DNA of 64,000 nt, from the IMG/VR virus record IMGVR_UViG_3300032315_000647, positions 1 through 64,000 of that record; one strand, written 5' to 3'. Shown in pieces: positions 31,534 through 40,233 of this stretch (positions are counted from its first letter, which is position 1; each line of letters begins with the position of its first letter). The translations under genes were made by a program, and so were the position numbers. Source of the stretch: a virus. The notes under the pieces were generated by a model that was given only the letters and a program-made list of their open reading frames with translations, was not told the DNA's origin and did not search any database.

Positions 31534-32571
31534 ATGGCAAAGCAAAAATCTGAAAGCTCTGGAAAGGGTAAGTTGCAAGACACACTTGACAAATTGAATA
31601 AAGCTTATGGTGTAAACACTGTGCTTGCACTAGACTCAAAAACAAATGGTGATTATGATGTAATTAGCACTGGGTCAATTGGATTTGACTACATCACTCT
31701 AGGAGTGGGTGGATTTGTAAAAGGCAGGCTCTATGAACTTATGGGATGGGAGGGTACAGGTAAGTCTACCATCTGTGGTCATGCAACTGCTGAGTGTCAG
31801 AAGAAAGGAGGCACTGTTTTGTATATAGATGGTGAGCATGCTGTTGATAAGAACTATTTCCAAGTCTTGGGTGTAGACACTGAGAAGTTGTTGATTTCTC
31901 AACCTAGTTGTGGTGAGGAAGGGTTTAACATTGCTATTGAAATGATCAACACTGGAGAGATTGATTTGGTGATTATTGACAGTGATAGCAGCTTGATTCC
32001 TAAGAAGGTGCTTGATGGTGAGGTGGGTGATAGTTCTATTGGTAAAAAGGCTGTATTGAATAGCAATGCCTATCCTAAGCTTAAGACAGCTCTATCTGCA
32101 AAAGATGTATGTGTTATAGTGATTAGTCAATATCGTGAGAAGATTGGTGTGATGTTTGGCAATCCTACAACAACACAAGGTGGTCATGCTCTTAAGTTTT
32201 ATTCTGATATTCGTGTAGAAGTGAGTAGATCTTTGGCTAAAGAAGGAGATGTCACTTATGGCAATCTTACAAAAGTGAAGGCTACAAAGAATAAACTCAA
32301 TCCTCCTTATCGTGTAGCAAGTTTTGACATTGTTTATGGTGAAGGGATTGACAAAGTGGCAGAAGTGATGGAGCTTGGTAATGAATATGAGGTGCTTAAA
32401 AAGTGGGGTCAAACTGTCACATTCAATGAAACCAAATATGATTTGGAAGATTTCAAAAGGATGTTGTTGGACAATCCAGAGTTTTACGATGCTATTAAAC
32501 AATCAATTGTTAACAAAATAAAGAATATAGATGTCAAAGTTATTGAAGATTCAGTTCAAGAAAATTTATGA
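31534..32571 (+). CDS. recA: RecA recombinase
   Basis: ISTGS, GR.YEL.G.EGTGKST, YIDGEHA.D, SQ.REKIGVMFGNP.TT.GG.ALKFYS, KNK..PPYR. Confidence 0.93.
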   Translation: MAKQKSESSGKGKLQDTLDKLNKAYGVNTVLALDSKTNGDYDVISTGSIGFDYITLGVGGFVKGRLYELMGWEGTGKSTICGHATAECQKKGGTVLYIDGEHAVDKNYFQVLGVDTEKLLISQPSCGEEGFNIAIEMINTGEIDLVIIDSDSSLIPKKVLDGEVGDSSIGKKAVLNSNAYPKLKTALSAKDVCVIVISQYREKIGVMFGNPTTTQGGHALKFYSDIRVEVSRSLAKEGDVTYGNLTKVKATKNKLNPPYRVASFDIVYGEGIDKVAEVMELGNEYEVLKKWGQTVTFNETKYDLEDFKRMLLDNPEFYDAIKQSIVNKIKNIDVKVIEDSVQENL

Positions 32572-32980
32572 GCAATCTAAACTACCTGTTAAGGGTAGTT
32601 TAGGTGCTGCAGCTTATGATGCATACGCACACAGCATCACATTTGAAAAGAATAACACTGTTGTCATAGGGCTAGGATTTGCCACAGCTATTCCTATTGG
32701 CTATAAAGGAATGGTTGTTCCTAGGAGCGGATTTACAAAGATGCCCTGGGTAATGAATAACAATGTGGGAGTGATAGATAGTGACTATCGTGGAGAGTGG
32801 ATGATGAAAATAAAACCTTTACACGGAAGTATATCAGAAACTCCTCTTCCTTTCAGTGTTGGTGATAGGTGCTGTCAGATATACTTTGAAGAAGTGTTGG
32901 ACGTAGAATTTGAAGAAGTGAAATATCTTCCTGAAACAGATCGTGGAGAAGGAGGCTTCGGTAGTACGGGGGTGTCTTAA
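32531..32980 (+). CDS. dut: dUTPase (trimeric)
   Basis: AAYD, PRSG, GVIDSDYRGE, GDRCCQ, RGEGGFGSTG. Confidence 0.93.
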   Translation: MSKLLKIQFKKIYEQSKLPVKGSLGAAAYDAYAHSITFEKNNTVVIGLGFATAIPIGYKGMVVPRSGFTKMPWVMNNNVGVIDSDYRGEWMMKIKPLHGSISETPLPFSVGDRCCQIYFEEVLDVEFEEVKYLPETDRGEGGFGSTGVS

Positions 32981-33008
32981 TAATTTTACATTATTTTCCG
33001 TTTATTTT

Positions 33009-33040
33009 TTTGGAAATGTCAAATAATCTTTTTACATTTG
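33009..33040 (+). promoter_or_regulatory. Bacteroidota promoter of the HNH cassette
   Basis: TTTG-N20-TACATTTG. Confidence 0.7.
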
Positions 33041-33054
33041 CCAAAATCTATGAT

Positions 33055-33687
33055 ATGAATGTAAAAATAGGCTCTCAAGTAGGTAACTGGGAGGTTACTT
33101 CTGAGAAGTATAAAAAGGACGGAATTTATGTAAATGACTGCATTTGTATCTGTGGAACAGCTAGACCTGTACCAACGTGGAGTTTAAACAATTCAAAATC
33201 AAAAGGTTGTGGATGTACTAATGTAAAAGGGCGATTCAAAGCTAAATGTGTTGGAGACCTATCAGCTTCATATTATACTAGCTTTAAACACAACAGAAAA
33301 GCTAAAGAAATTGAGTTTTCTGATGATTTAAGCATGGAGCATCTATGGTACTTGTATGAACAACAAGGAGGCAGATGTGCAATATCAGGAATACCGATCT
33401 CTTTAAATCCTCAATGGTCTCAACAGAATAAAGGAAGACCTACAAAGATAGTACAAACTGCATCTATTGATAGAATTGATAACTCCAAGGGATATGTTGT
33501 AGGCAATGTTCAATGGGTACATAAAGATATAAATTATATGAGAGGTGGTCTATCTATCATGGAGTTTATAATCTTTTGCAGACAAGTGGTAAAACACAAC
33601 ACTAACGTTAATCTTAGTGAAATTAATTTTGATGAAGTAACGTTCTCTGGAAAGAGAAAATACTTCGGATCTACAGGTAAAAACTAA
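33055..33687 (+). CDS. free-standing HNH-type homing endonuclease
   Basis: CICICG...SKGCGC N-terminus; QQGGRCAISG; SIDRIDNSKGY..GNVQWVHKDIN.M. Confidence 0.85.
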   Translation: MNVKIGSQVGNWEVTSEKYKKDGIYVNDCICICGTARPVPTWSLNNSKSKGCGCTNVKGRFKAKCVGDLSASYYTSFKHNRKAKEIEFSDDLSMEHLWYLYEQQGGRCAISGIPISLNPQWSQQNKGRPTKIVQTASIDRIDNSKGYVVGNVQWVHKDINYMRGGLSIMEFIIFCRQVVKHNTNVNLSEINFDEVTFSGKRKYFGSTGKN

Positions 33688-33691
33688 CAAC

Positions 33692-33919
33692 ATGGCTAAG
33701 TTGATAGTATCATTAGAAGAGGAGAATACAAGTTTGTTTTCTAAGCAATATCTCAGCCTTCCAGAGCTTCATGAAGAAATTGAGAATAAGTTAGAGGGTC
33801 TGAAGGTGATGGATAAGAGAAAGAAGAGAGAGATACAGAAAGCAAAGGATGATGTCAACTTTCTGATTAAAATGTATAATGCCAAGGCTAAGTTTAAGAC
33901 TTATGATATTGTAAAATAA
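33692..33919 (+). CDS. hypothetical protein
   Basis: ORF track. Confidence 0.6.
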   Translation: MAKLIVSLEEENTSLFSKQYLSLPELHEEIENKLEGLKVMDKRKKREIQKAKDDVNFLIKMYNAKAKFKTYDIVK

Positions 33920-33938
33920 AAACCTCCAAAAGTGTAAA

Positions 33939-34349
33939 ATGAGCACATGCCCCACATGTGGAGCAAAGTGTGAAGGATCACATTGTTTCAGGCACAAGCC
34001 AAGAAAACCACTACCTAAAACGTCCAGTAGATTTGTTAAAAAACAGGACAATTCTCGGAATATTTCCGAAATGAGAGACTTCTTCTTACAAGTTTGGAGG
34101 AGACGTTCTCATCATTCTGAAGTGAGTGGTAAATATTTAGGGTCTGAACCTTTGACAGTGTTCTTTCATCACATCCTTCCTAAGGAAAAATATCCTCAAG
34201 CTGCGCTAGATGAAGAAAACATCATACTTTTGACATTAGAAGAGCACGATCAAGTGGAGATGGATGTATATAGATATGAAGAAGTTAACACTAGACGTAA
34301 TGTTTTAAAACTGAAATATGAACCCACCGAAAAGAGAATACAAGAATGA
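33939..34349 (+). CDS. NinG/HNH-like nuclease
   Basis: CPTC...C..H; SEVSG; FHHILPK.KYP....DEENIILL...EH. Confidence 0.65.
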   Translation: MSTCPTCGAKCEGSHCFRHKPRKPLPKTSSRFVKKQDNSRNISEMRDFFLQVWRRRSHHSEVSGKYLGSEPLTVFFHHILPKEKYPQAALDEENIILLTLEEHDQVEMDVYRYEEVNTRRNVLKLKYEPTEKRIQE

Positions 34350-34974
34350 CATTAAGTATAAAGTCACTCTTAACGATGAACAAAAAGAGGCTAAGAGACT
34401 CATCATTGAGAACCAGATAGTGATCATCACTGGTAGGGCAGGAAGTGGTAAGTCTCTTGTTGGTGCACAGTGCGCTCTTGACTTCTTGTTTAAGAAGCAG
34501 TGTGAGAAGATTTTTGTCACAAGAGCCACTATTGAGGTGGGTAATAGTTTAGGTTATCTTCCTGGTGGTATAGATGAAAAATTCAATCCTTATCTAGAAG
34601 CATTTCAAGAGAACCTTCTAAAGTGTCATGATCCACTGAAAATTCAAGAGCTCATTGCTGCAAAAAAGATTCTCACCTATCCTGTACAATTCATCAGAGG
34701 TAAAACTATTGATGATTTACTTATTGTAGAGGAGGCTCAGAACTTATCTAAAGCACAGATGTTGGCTATTCTTACACGCCTTGGTAAGACAGGAAAGATT
34801 ATTATCAACGGAGATTTGGAACAAACAGATATTCGTGATAATGGCATGAACGGACTATCGTATGTAATTGAGATGTCCAAAAGAATAGCTGATATCAAAT
34901 GGATTAAGCTGAAGGAAAATCACAGAAGTGACTTAGTTGGTAAAATATTGGATTATGAATATTCAAAGAACTAG
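34318..34974 (+). CDS. phoH: PhoH-like ATPase
   Basis: GRAGSGKS, VTR, LGYLPG..DEK..PY, FIRGKT, EEAQN, LTRLG, GD..Q.D, HRS. Confidence 0.92.
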   Translation: MNPPKREYKNDIKYKVTLNDEQKEAKRLIIENQIVIITGRAGSGKSLVGAQCALDFLFKKQCEKIFVTRATIEVGNSLGYLPGGIDEKFNPYLEAFQENLLKCHDPLKIQELIAAKKILTYPVQFIRGKTIDDLLIVEEAQNLSKAQMLAILTRLGKTGKIIINGDLEQTDIRDNGMNGLSYVIEMSKRIADIKWIKLKENHRSDLVGKILDYEYSKN

Positions 34975-34976
34975 TT

Positions 34977-35321
34977 ATGGAATTGTATAATTACAAAGCC
35001 ACTGTATTGAGAATACTTGATGGTGACACCATAGAACTCAATATAGATCTTGGATTTACAGTTCATTGGAAATCTACATGCAGGTTCTATGGAATAAACA
35101 CTCCTGAGCTAAAAAGCAAAGACGCTCAAGAGAGAAAAAGAGCAAAAGAGGCAAGAGACTTTACAAGTGAATGTCTTCCTATAGGAGCTTCAGTGATTGT
35201 GAAAAGTAAAGAGCTGGATAAGTATGGAAGACCTCTTGTGGATTTGTATTACGGAGAAGATAACATTCATTTAAATCAGCTTCTATTAGACAAGAAGCTT
35301 GCAAACATTCTTAATTATTAA
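34977..35321 (+). CDS. thermonuclease (SNase-like)
   Basis: RILDGDTI...DLGF, R.YGINTPE, DKYGR.L. Confidence 0.88.
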   Translation: MELYNYKATVLRILDGDTIELNIDLGFTVHWKSTCRFYGINTPELKSKDAQERKRAKEARDFTSECLPIGASVIVKSKELDKYGRPLVDLYYGEDNIHLNQLLLDKKLANILNY

Positions 35322-35334
35322 ACCAATAGAGTTT

Positions 35335-35685
35335 ATGACAGTAGAACAAGTGGCTCAAGTGGCTCACGAAATCAACATGGCTTATTGCCAAGCAATTGGT
35401 GATAATAGTCAACCAACGTGGGAAGATGCTCCTGAATGGCAAAAAAGTTCAGCAATTAAAGGTGTAGAGTTTCATCTAGCAAATCCAGATGCTGGTCCAG
35501 ACGCATCTCATGTAAGTTGGATGAAGCAAAAAACAGAGGAAGGCTGGAAATATGGCCCCATAAAGGATGCAGAAAAAAAAGAACATCCTTGTTATGTTCC
35601 TTATGAAGAACTTCCAACAGAGCAGAAAGCAAAAGATTATTTGTTTAAGCAAATAGTACATTCATTAAAAAACCAAATAGTATGA
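35335..35685 (+). CDS. RyR-domain protein
   Basis: H.SWM..K..EGWKYGP.KD.EKKEHPC.VPYEELP.EQKAKD. Confidence 0.8.
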   Translation: MTVEQVAQVAHEINMAYCQAIGDNSQPTWEDAPEWQKSSAIKGVEFHLANPDAGPDASHVSWMKQKTEEGWKYGPIKDAEKKEHPCYVPYEELPTEQKAKDYLFKQIVHSLKNQIV

Positions 35686-35984
35686 GCAATCAATTTTTCT
35701 ACACTCGTAAAGAGTTGAAGAGCGGTACACCTGAGAATCCTGTGTACAATGTGTTTCGTGATAGCTTCAATGTGAACAAGGTGATACGCACCGTAGCTAT
35801 TGAAGATGGTAGAGTGATGGTGCTTCTGGATGATTTGCATGAGCGTGCACAAGATGTACCTGACATGGATGCTAAGACTAATAAGATTAAGGGGTATAAG
35901 CGTCAAAGGAACACCTTCCAGAGTGAGATATATTTGGAGGGAGAGGATGTCGAAAGGTTTTACATAACAACATCTATTAATTAA
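35682..35984 (+). CDS. hypothetical protein
   Basis: ORF track; coupled at both ends. Confidence 0.65.
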   Translation: MSNQFFYTRKELKSGTPENPVYNVFRDSFNVNKVIRTVAIEDGRVMVLLDDLHERAQDVPDMDAKTNKIKGYKRQRNTFQSEIYLEGEDVERFYITTSIN

Positions 35985-36979
35985 TGAGACCTATTTTCTT
36001 CTACTGGGATGGTGGGATAAGCAATAGTAGGATGAAAGTCTTACAAGATTGTATGTATTCTACAAGAGTGCACAATCCTGAATGTCCTATTGTATTAGTG
36101 AGCAATAGTATATCAAGCAGTTCGTTTGATGACACTTATAGAATAAGTGTTATGAAATGGGACAGATCATTGATAATGCAATCTCCATTTCCAAAGGATA
36201 AGATTGATCTCTATCTGGATGGTGATAGGTGTATTACAGGTTATAGAGAGCTTTCTGATTTAATAAGATTGGCAGTTCTTTATAGATATGGTGGTTCCTA
36301 CATAGATACAGACGATCTTTGCATCAAACCTATTCCAGTAGAAGAAAATATTATTTGTCGTTCGTACGATCCTCACACTGCACATTACAATCTCGTAACT
36401 CCTGAAGATTGTATTCCTGGAGTGTACAGAGAAATACGTGGGTATGATCACATCAACTTCTTTCCAAGAAACGACTGTTGGTTAAACTTTGTACCAAAGC
36501 ATCCTTTGATACGTGATATATTAAGCAACCCTAAACTAAATGGGATAAACAAACCTGTTTATATTGGGGACGGATTCTCATGGCAATCTCTTACATTAGA
36601 GGCATGTATGAAATACATCATGCACATAAATGACATATTCAGAACATCTCTTACACTTCTCTATCTATTTGAGGATTTTGTGTCAGCAAGTTCTTTCTGG
36701 GACAGGTGTCATCATGGAGGAGAAATGTGTGATTTGTACAATGAAATATTTCCTGATCTTAAGGAATATGAATGGGGATTCTATAAGTGCACTAAAGACG
36801 TAGCAGAGAGATTCCTAGAAACAGTGATAGACAAATATCCTCATCTGTCACACATGTGGCTTCATAGAAAGGATGAGAATCCAGAATGGATGTTAGAAGA
36901 CCTAGATGCTGAAGGTAAGTATGCTGTATCTACATGGATTTATAAAATTCAAAAAGACAAAATAAAGAGCTATATATGA
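35984..36979 (+). CDS. glycosyltransferase, GT32/DXD sugar-binding family
   Basis: IFFYW; SDLIRLAVLYRYGGSYIDTD. Confidence 0.85.
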   Translation: MRPIFFYWDGGISNSRMKVLQDCMYSTRVHNPECPIVLVSNSISSSSFDDTYRISVMKWDRSLIMQSPFPKDKIDLYLDGDRCITGYRELSDLIRLAVLYRYGGSYIDTDDLCIKPIPVEENIICRSYDPHTAHYNLVTPEDCIPGVYREIRGYDHINFFPRNDCWLNFVPKHPLIRDILSNPKLNGINKPVYIGDGFSWQSLTLEACMKYIMHINDIFRTSLTLLYLFEDFVSASSFWDRCHHGGEMCDLYNEIFPDLKEYEWGFYKCTKDVAERFLETVIDKYPHLSHMWLHRKDENPEWMLEDLDAEGKYAVSTWIYKIQKDKIKSYI

Positions 36980-37668
36980 TTTCCGTATTGACACTAACAT
37001 ACAAGAGACCTCATCTTTTAGAAGAAGCTATTGAATCATTTCTTAGACAATACACCACTCATCCAAAGGAAATGGTTATCATAAACGATAACAAAGATGT
37101 AGACTATGTTTACAATCATCCTGATGTAACAATCATCAATTGTAAAGAAAGGTTCTCATCTGTATCTAAAAAACTTCAATGGGGATTTAGTCAGTGTAAG
37201 TATGATTACATTTACAGACTGGACGATGATGATTTGTTAACAGAAAATGGGTTACAGAAAGCTTGTGATTACATCATCAACAATCCAGGATATGATATAT
37301 ACAGAGCTTCTGGTTTCTATTTCTTTGTGAATAATAAACTAGATGGGTGGACAACTAGTATCAATAATGGAAACATCTATAGCAAAAGCTTTGTTGAAAG
37401 AATTGAGTTTCCTGATACATGTATAGGAGAAGATGCAGACATCACGTTCCATAAAGGAGGAACTTGGTGGGAACCAAAAGAGAAAGATGCAACAATGATC
37501 TACCGTTGGGGAATGGGAACACTTCACATATCAGGGATGGGGAATCAACCTAATGACATCATCTTAAACAAGGCTGATAAAGTGTTAGACAATAGAGTGG
37601 GTACAATAACGCTACATCCAAAGTTTTTATCAGATTATTATGAACAAATAAAAAAAGCCCCTATTTAG
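36976..37668 (+). CDS. glycosyltransferase family 2
   Basis: ISVL..TYKRP.LLEEAIESFLRQ, EMVIIND, YIYRLDDDD, GED. Confidence 0.88.
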   Translation: MISVLTLTYKRPHLLEEAIESFLRQYTTHPKEMVIINDNKDVDYVYNHPDVTIINCKERFSSVSKKLQWGFSQCKYDYIYRLDDDDLLTENGLQKACDYIINNPGYDIYRASGFYFFVNNKLDGWTTSINNGNIYSKSFVERIEFPDTCIGEDADITFHKGGTWWEPKEKDATMIYRWGMGTLHISGMGNQPNDIILNKADKVLDNRVGTITLHPKFLSDYYEQIKKAPI

Positions 37669-37681
37669 AGGCTTTTCTTTT
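37650..37681. terminator. bidirectional terminator at the convergence of the early and late gene blocks
   Basis: A-run AAAAGCC...GGCTTTT T-run. Confidence 0.65.
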
Positions 37682-37758
37682 ATATTGCTTCCAAAGAATA
37701 GCTGTTCTAGACCAACTATTCACCCTGTTGTGCATCGTTGAGAGGCATGTGAAGCTAA

Positions 37759-37896
37759 TTATTTAGAAAGTCTTTTCTGTTTCATAGGCCATTGAGGACT
37801 CTTGAGTCTGAGTTTCGTATCAGCCTCTTTCATATAATTGTCCTTTGGTCTAGGATTGTTCACCTTTGGAGCCTTTCTTGGTTTGCCACTTTTCAT
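37759..37896 (-). CDS. small basic protein (45 aa)
   Basis: Own translation MKSGKPRKAPKVNNPRPKDNYMKE...; TAATG coupled. Confidence 0.6.
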   Translation of the reverse strand: MKSGKPRKAPKVNNPRPKDNYMKEADTKLRLKSPQWPMKQKRLSK

Positions 37897-38288
37897 TAGC
37901 AACCATTTTTACACTTCTTCATACCACCTTTACCACTAGTGTTCTTACCAATAGTGCGACCATAAGTAGACAAACGAGTGGATGTGCTACTCTTAGAAGG
38001 AGAAAGAGTTGCTCCATTACGAGCTTTCTTAATCTTACCACCTTTACGCATACCTCCTACTTCAGGAACTTCGGGTCTCAGTTTAGCCATATTCTTCTGG
38101 AGATATTCTTTACCACGTTCTGAACGAGTTGCTCTTTCTACTACTCTTTTAGTGACACGTTCAGCCCTATCAGGATTCTTAGCACTCAACCTACCAATCC
38201 TTTTAAGTTGCCCACGCCTAAGGTAAACCTTCTTACCACCTTGAGCCTTTTCACCATCAGCTCCGCTTTTAGCAGCAGTCTTTTTCAT
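37896..38288 (-). CDS. Lys/Arg-rich protein with KxGGK-type motifs
   Basis: ORF track; KAQGGKK, MRKGGKIKKARNG. Confidence 0.7.
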   Translation of the reverse strand: MKKTAAKSGADGEKAQGGKKVYLRRGQLKRIGRLSAKNPDRAERVTKRVVERATRSERGKEYLQKNMAKLRPEVPEVGGMRKGGKIKKARNGATLSPSKSSTSTRLSTYGRTIGKNTSGKGGMKKCKNGC

Positions 38289-38296
38289 TGTATATA

Positions 38297-38629
38297 TTAT
38301 TTAGATTTTTTTAGTTTACCACCATTCTTAATGACACCACGTCCTTTAAGAACATCAGCACGAGTCACTTTACCATCTCCTGTGAGATCAGGAAAGCTCT
38401 TTCCAGACTTAGCTTTCATTATACCACCACTCTTCATTTTCTTCTTAGGAGCAGGTTTAGCTTTGGCTTTAGTTTTATTATAAGTGCTAGGCCCTACCAC
38501 ATCTTGCAAAGCAGATCTAGGAATCATTTTACCAGGAAACATCTCACTAGGAACAGAATCTACAGCAGCCTTTTTCTTTGCAGGGCTCATTATCTTAGTT
38601 CCTTTCTGAGCCTTCTTAATTGTTTTCAT
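38297..38629 (-). CDS. Lys-rich protein with an EF-hand/dockerin-like loop
   Basis: DLTGDGKVTRAD; MKSGG and KNGGK motifs. Confidence 0.7.
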   Translation of the reverse strand: MKTIKKAQKGTKIMSPAKKKAAVDSVPSEMFPGKMIPRSALQDVVGPSTYNKTKAKAKPAPKKKMKSGGIMKAKSGKSFPDLTGDGKVTRADVLKGRGVIKNGGKLKKSK

Positions 38630-38650
38630 TACTATCTATAATTTTAATTG

Positions 38651-38932
38651 TTAACAATTCCATTTACGAAGAGACTTATTAATCCTGCTGTTGGGATCAT
38701 TAGCAGTTTTAGCAGAGGTGAGGCGCTTCTTCATACCAGACATTCTAGCACAAAATGATTTACGTCTACTAGCAGCTTTACTTCCTGGTTTAAGTTTGGA
38801 AGGTTTAGTAGTGACAGCAGTTTTGAGTTTGGATCCAGGGTTAGCTTTTCTATAGGAAGCAACACCTTTAGCATTCAATCCTCCAGAAGGATTCTTACCC
38901 TCTTTTCTTTGCCAAGCTGGACTCTTTGCCAT
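38651..38932 (-). CDS. DUF6321-like basic phage protein
   Basis: AWQRKEGKNPSGGLNAKG, RRKSFCARM, DPNSRINKSLRKWNC. Confidence 0.75.
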   Translation of the reverse strand: MAKSPAWQRKEGKNPSGGLNAKGVASYRKANPGSKLKTAVTTKPSKLKPGSKAASRRKSFCARMSGMKKRLTSAKTANDPNSRINKSLRKWNC

Positions 38933-38934
38933 AT

Positions 38935-39093
38935 CTATTTCTTTTTAGCTTTAGCCATCTTCTTGAATGTCTTAGCAAGAGCCTTAGCTCTTCCTGTACA
39001 TCCAGGCTTTGTAATAGGGGTACATTTACCTTCAGTTCCTCTACGTTTAATAGAGGCTGTGGCTTTCTGTATCCACTTTTTGTCTGTAGCCAT
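38935..39093 (-). CDS. small basic protein (52 aa)
   Basis: Own translation MATDKKWIQKATASIKRRGTEGKCTPITKPGCTGRAKALAKTFKKM... Confidence 0.65.
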   Translation of the reverse strand: MATDKKWIQKATASIKRRGTEGKCTPITKPGCTGRAKALAKTFKKMAKAKKK

Positions 39094-39095
39094 GA

Positions 39096-39242
39096 CTATT
39101 TCTTTTTAACCTTTCCACCCTTTTTCATATTACCAAGAGTGCGTTCTTGCACCTTTGTCCAAGCACCCTTGGGATCAACCATAGGGGCTTTCTTGGTGGT
39201 TTTTGTTACACCACCAGCTTGTGCCTTTTTTAACTTTGCCAT
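39096..39242 (-). CDS. small basic protein (48 aa)
   Basis: Own translation MAKLKKAQAGG...MKKGGKVKKK. Confidence 0.65.
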   Translation of the reverse strand: MAKLKKAQAGGVTKTTKKAPMVDPKGAWTKVQERTLGNMKKGGKVKKK

Positions 39243-39472
39243 TATGCTTCAGTTTTCAGGAGTTCGTCCTTGCTGTTAGTAAGGAAGTTTTTAGCCAAAT
39301 AAGCAACAGCTGCCTTACCAGCAACAACAGCAATATCCAGAAGTTGCTGTACAGTGGGAAGAGAACCTGCATCAAGAATAGTGTAAATGCCTTGTGTAAT
39401 AACAAGCAGTACAGCTACAACAATACCGTTAGACAGATCCTTAAAATTCAGATTGAGAAAACCGCTTTTCAT
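39242..39472 (-). CDS. small membrane protein, possible holin
   Basis: Two hydrophobic segments; DL..G.VVAV; AYLAKNFLT. Confidence 0.6.
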   Translation of the reverse strand: MKSGFLNLNFKDLSNGIVVAVLLVITQGIYTILDAGSLPTVQQLLDIAVVAGKAAVAYLAKNFLTNSKDELLKTEA

Positions 39473-39484
39473 ATATTATAGTTT

Positions 39485-39652
39485 TTATTTACCTTTTGCC
39501 TTTATCTTACGCTCCTGTTTGAGCATAGCTGCTGTAGGCTTTTTACCAGACTTACCAGCAGCTTTGTTTTTCTTAGCTGCTGCACGAATGTTATCCCAAA
39601 GTCCTCTTTGAGAAACACTTCCGTCAGCACGCTTCATCATTTGTTTTGCCAT
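39485..39652 (-). CDS. small basic protein (55 aa)
   Basis: Own translation MAKQMMKRADGSVSQRGLWDNIRA...KKPTAAMLKQERKIK. Confidence 0.65.
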   Translation of the reverse strand: MAKQMMKRADGSVSQRGLWDNIRAAAKKNKAAGKSGKKPTAAMLKQERKIKAKGK

Positions 39653-39658
39653 AACACA

Positions 39659-39904
39659 TTATTTAGACATGCTAAGAACTCTAGGTTCTTCAGCAGTTTC
39701 TTTAACAATACCAGCTTCTACAGCTGATGCAAGAGCACGTTCAACAGCTTGATTTGCTTCACTAATCTGAAGAATACGTGCAGCTTCTTCTGTGCTTAAT
39801 ATAGAACGAAATGCATTTAAAATCATACCGAATTCAGAACCTGTCAATTCAAACTTGTCTTGAGGAGTCCATGTGTACCTTTTACTTGGATCATAAGATG
39901 CCAT
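39659..39904 (-). CDS. hypothetical protein
   Basis: ORF track; has its own promoter. Confidence 0.65.
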   Translation of the reverse strand: MASYDPSKRYTWTPQDKFELTGSEFGMILNAFRSILSTEEAARILQISEANQAVERALASAVEAGIVKETAEEPRVLSMSK

Positions 39905-39909
39905 AAAAT

Positions 39910-40233
39910 TTATTTTTTGGTTTGAACAAAATTATGTATAGGACTTGAATCTACCAAATTTATTTCAAAGGCTATTGTTGCAGACGTTTTGATACTCTTA
40001 GACAAGTTGAGCTTTATATGGAAGATGTTATGTAGTTTGAGTATTTCTTCCAATAGCATTGGGTTATATTTAGGAAGACTAGGTACTAGTCTAAAGTGAT
40101 ATGAAGTTGGTGTTTTGGTTATCTCAAGAGTGCTTAGTTCATCTACAGAGTCAATCACTCCCTCTAGATGTGCAAAATAAACCATTTCATTATCGGGCAT
40201 CACTTCAGGGAAGAACCTCTTGTTGACAACCAT
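39910..40233 (-). CDS. hypothetical protein
   Basis: ORF track; TAATG coupled. Confidence 0.6.
   Translation of the reverse strand: MVVNKRFFPEVMPDNEMVYFAHLEGVIDSVDELSTLEITKTPTSYHFRLVPSLPKYNPMLLEEILKLHNIFHIKLNLSKSIKTSATIAFEINLVDSSPIHNFVQTKK
39927..39958 (-). promoter_or_regulatory. Bacteroidota promoter
   Basis: Minus strand TTTG-N20-TAATTTTG. Confidence 0.6.

Noticed and set aside
32957-33687. Group I intron or intein in dut
   Set aside because: dut is already complete with its own stop, little non-coding sequence is available for a ribozyme core, and no intein terminal motifs are present.
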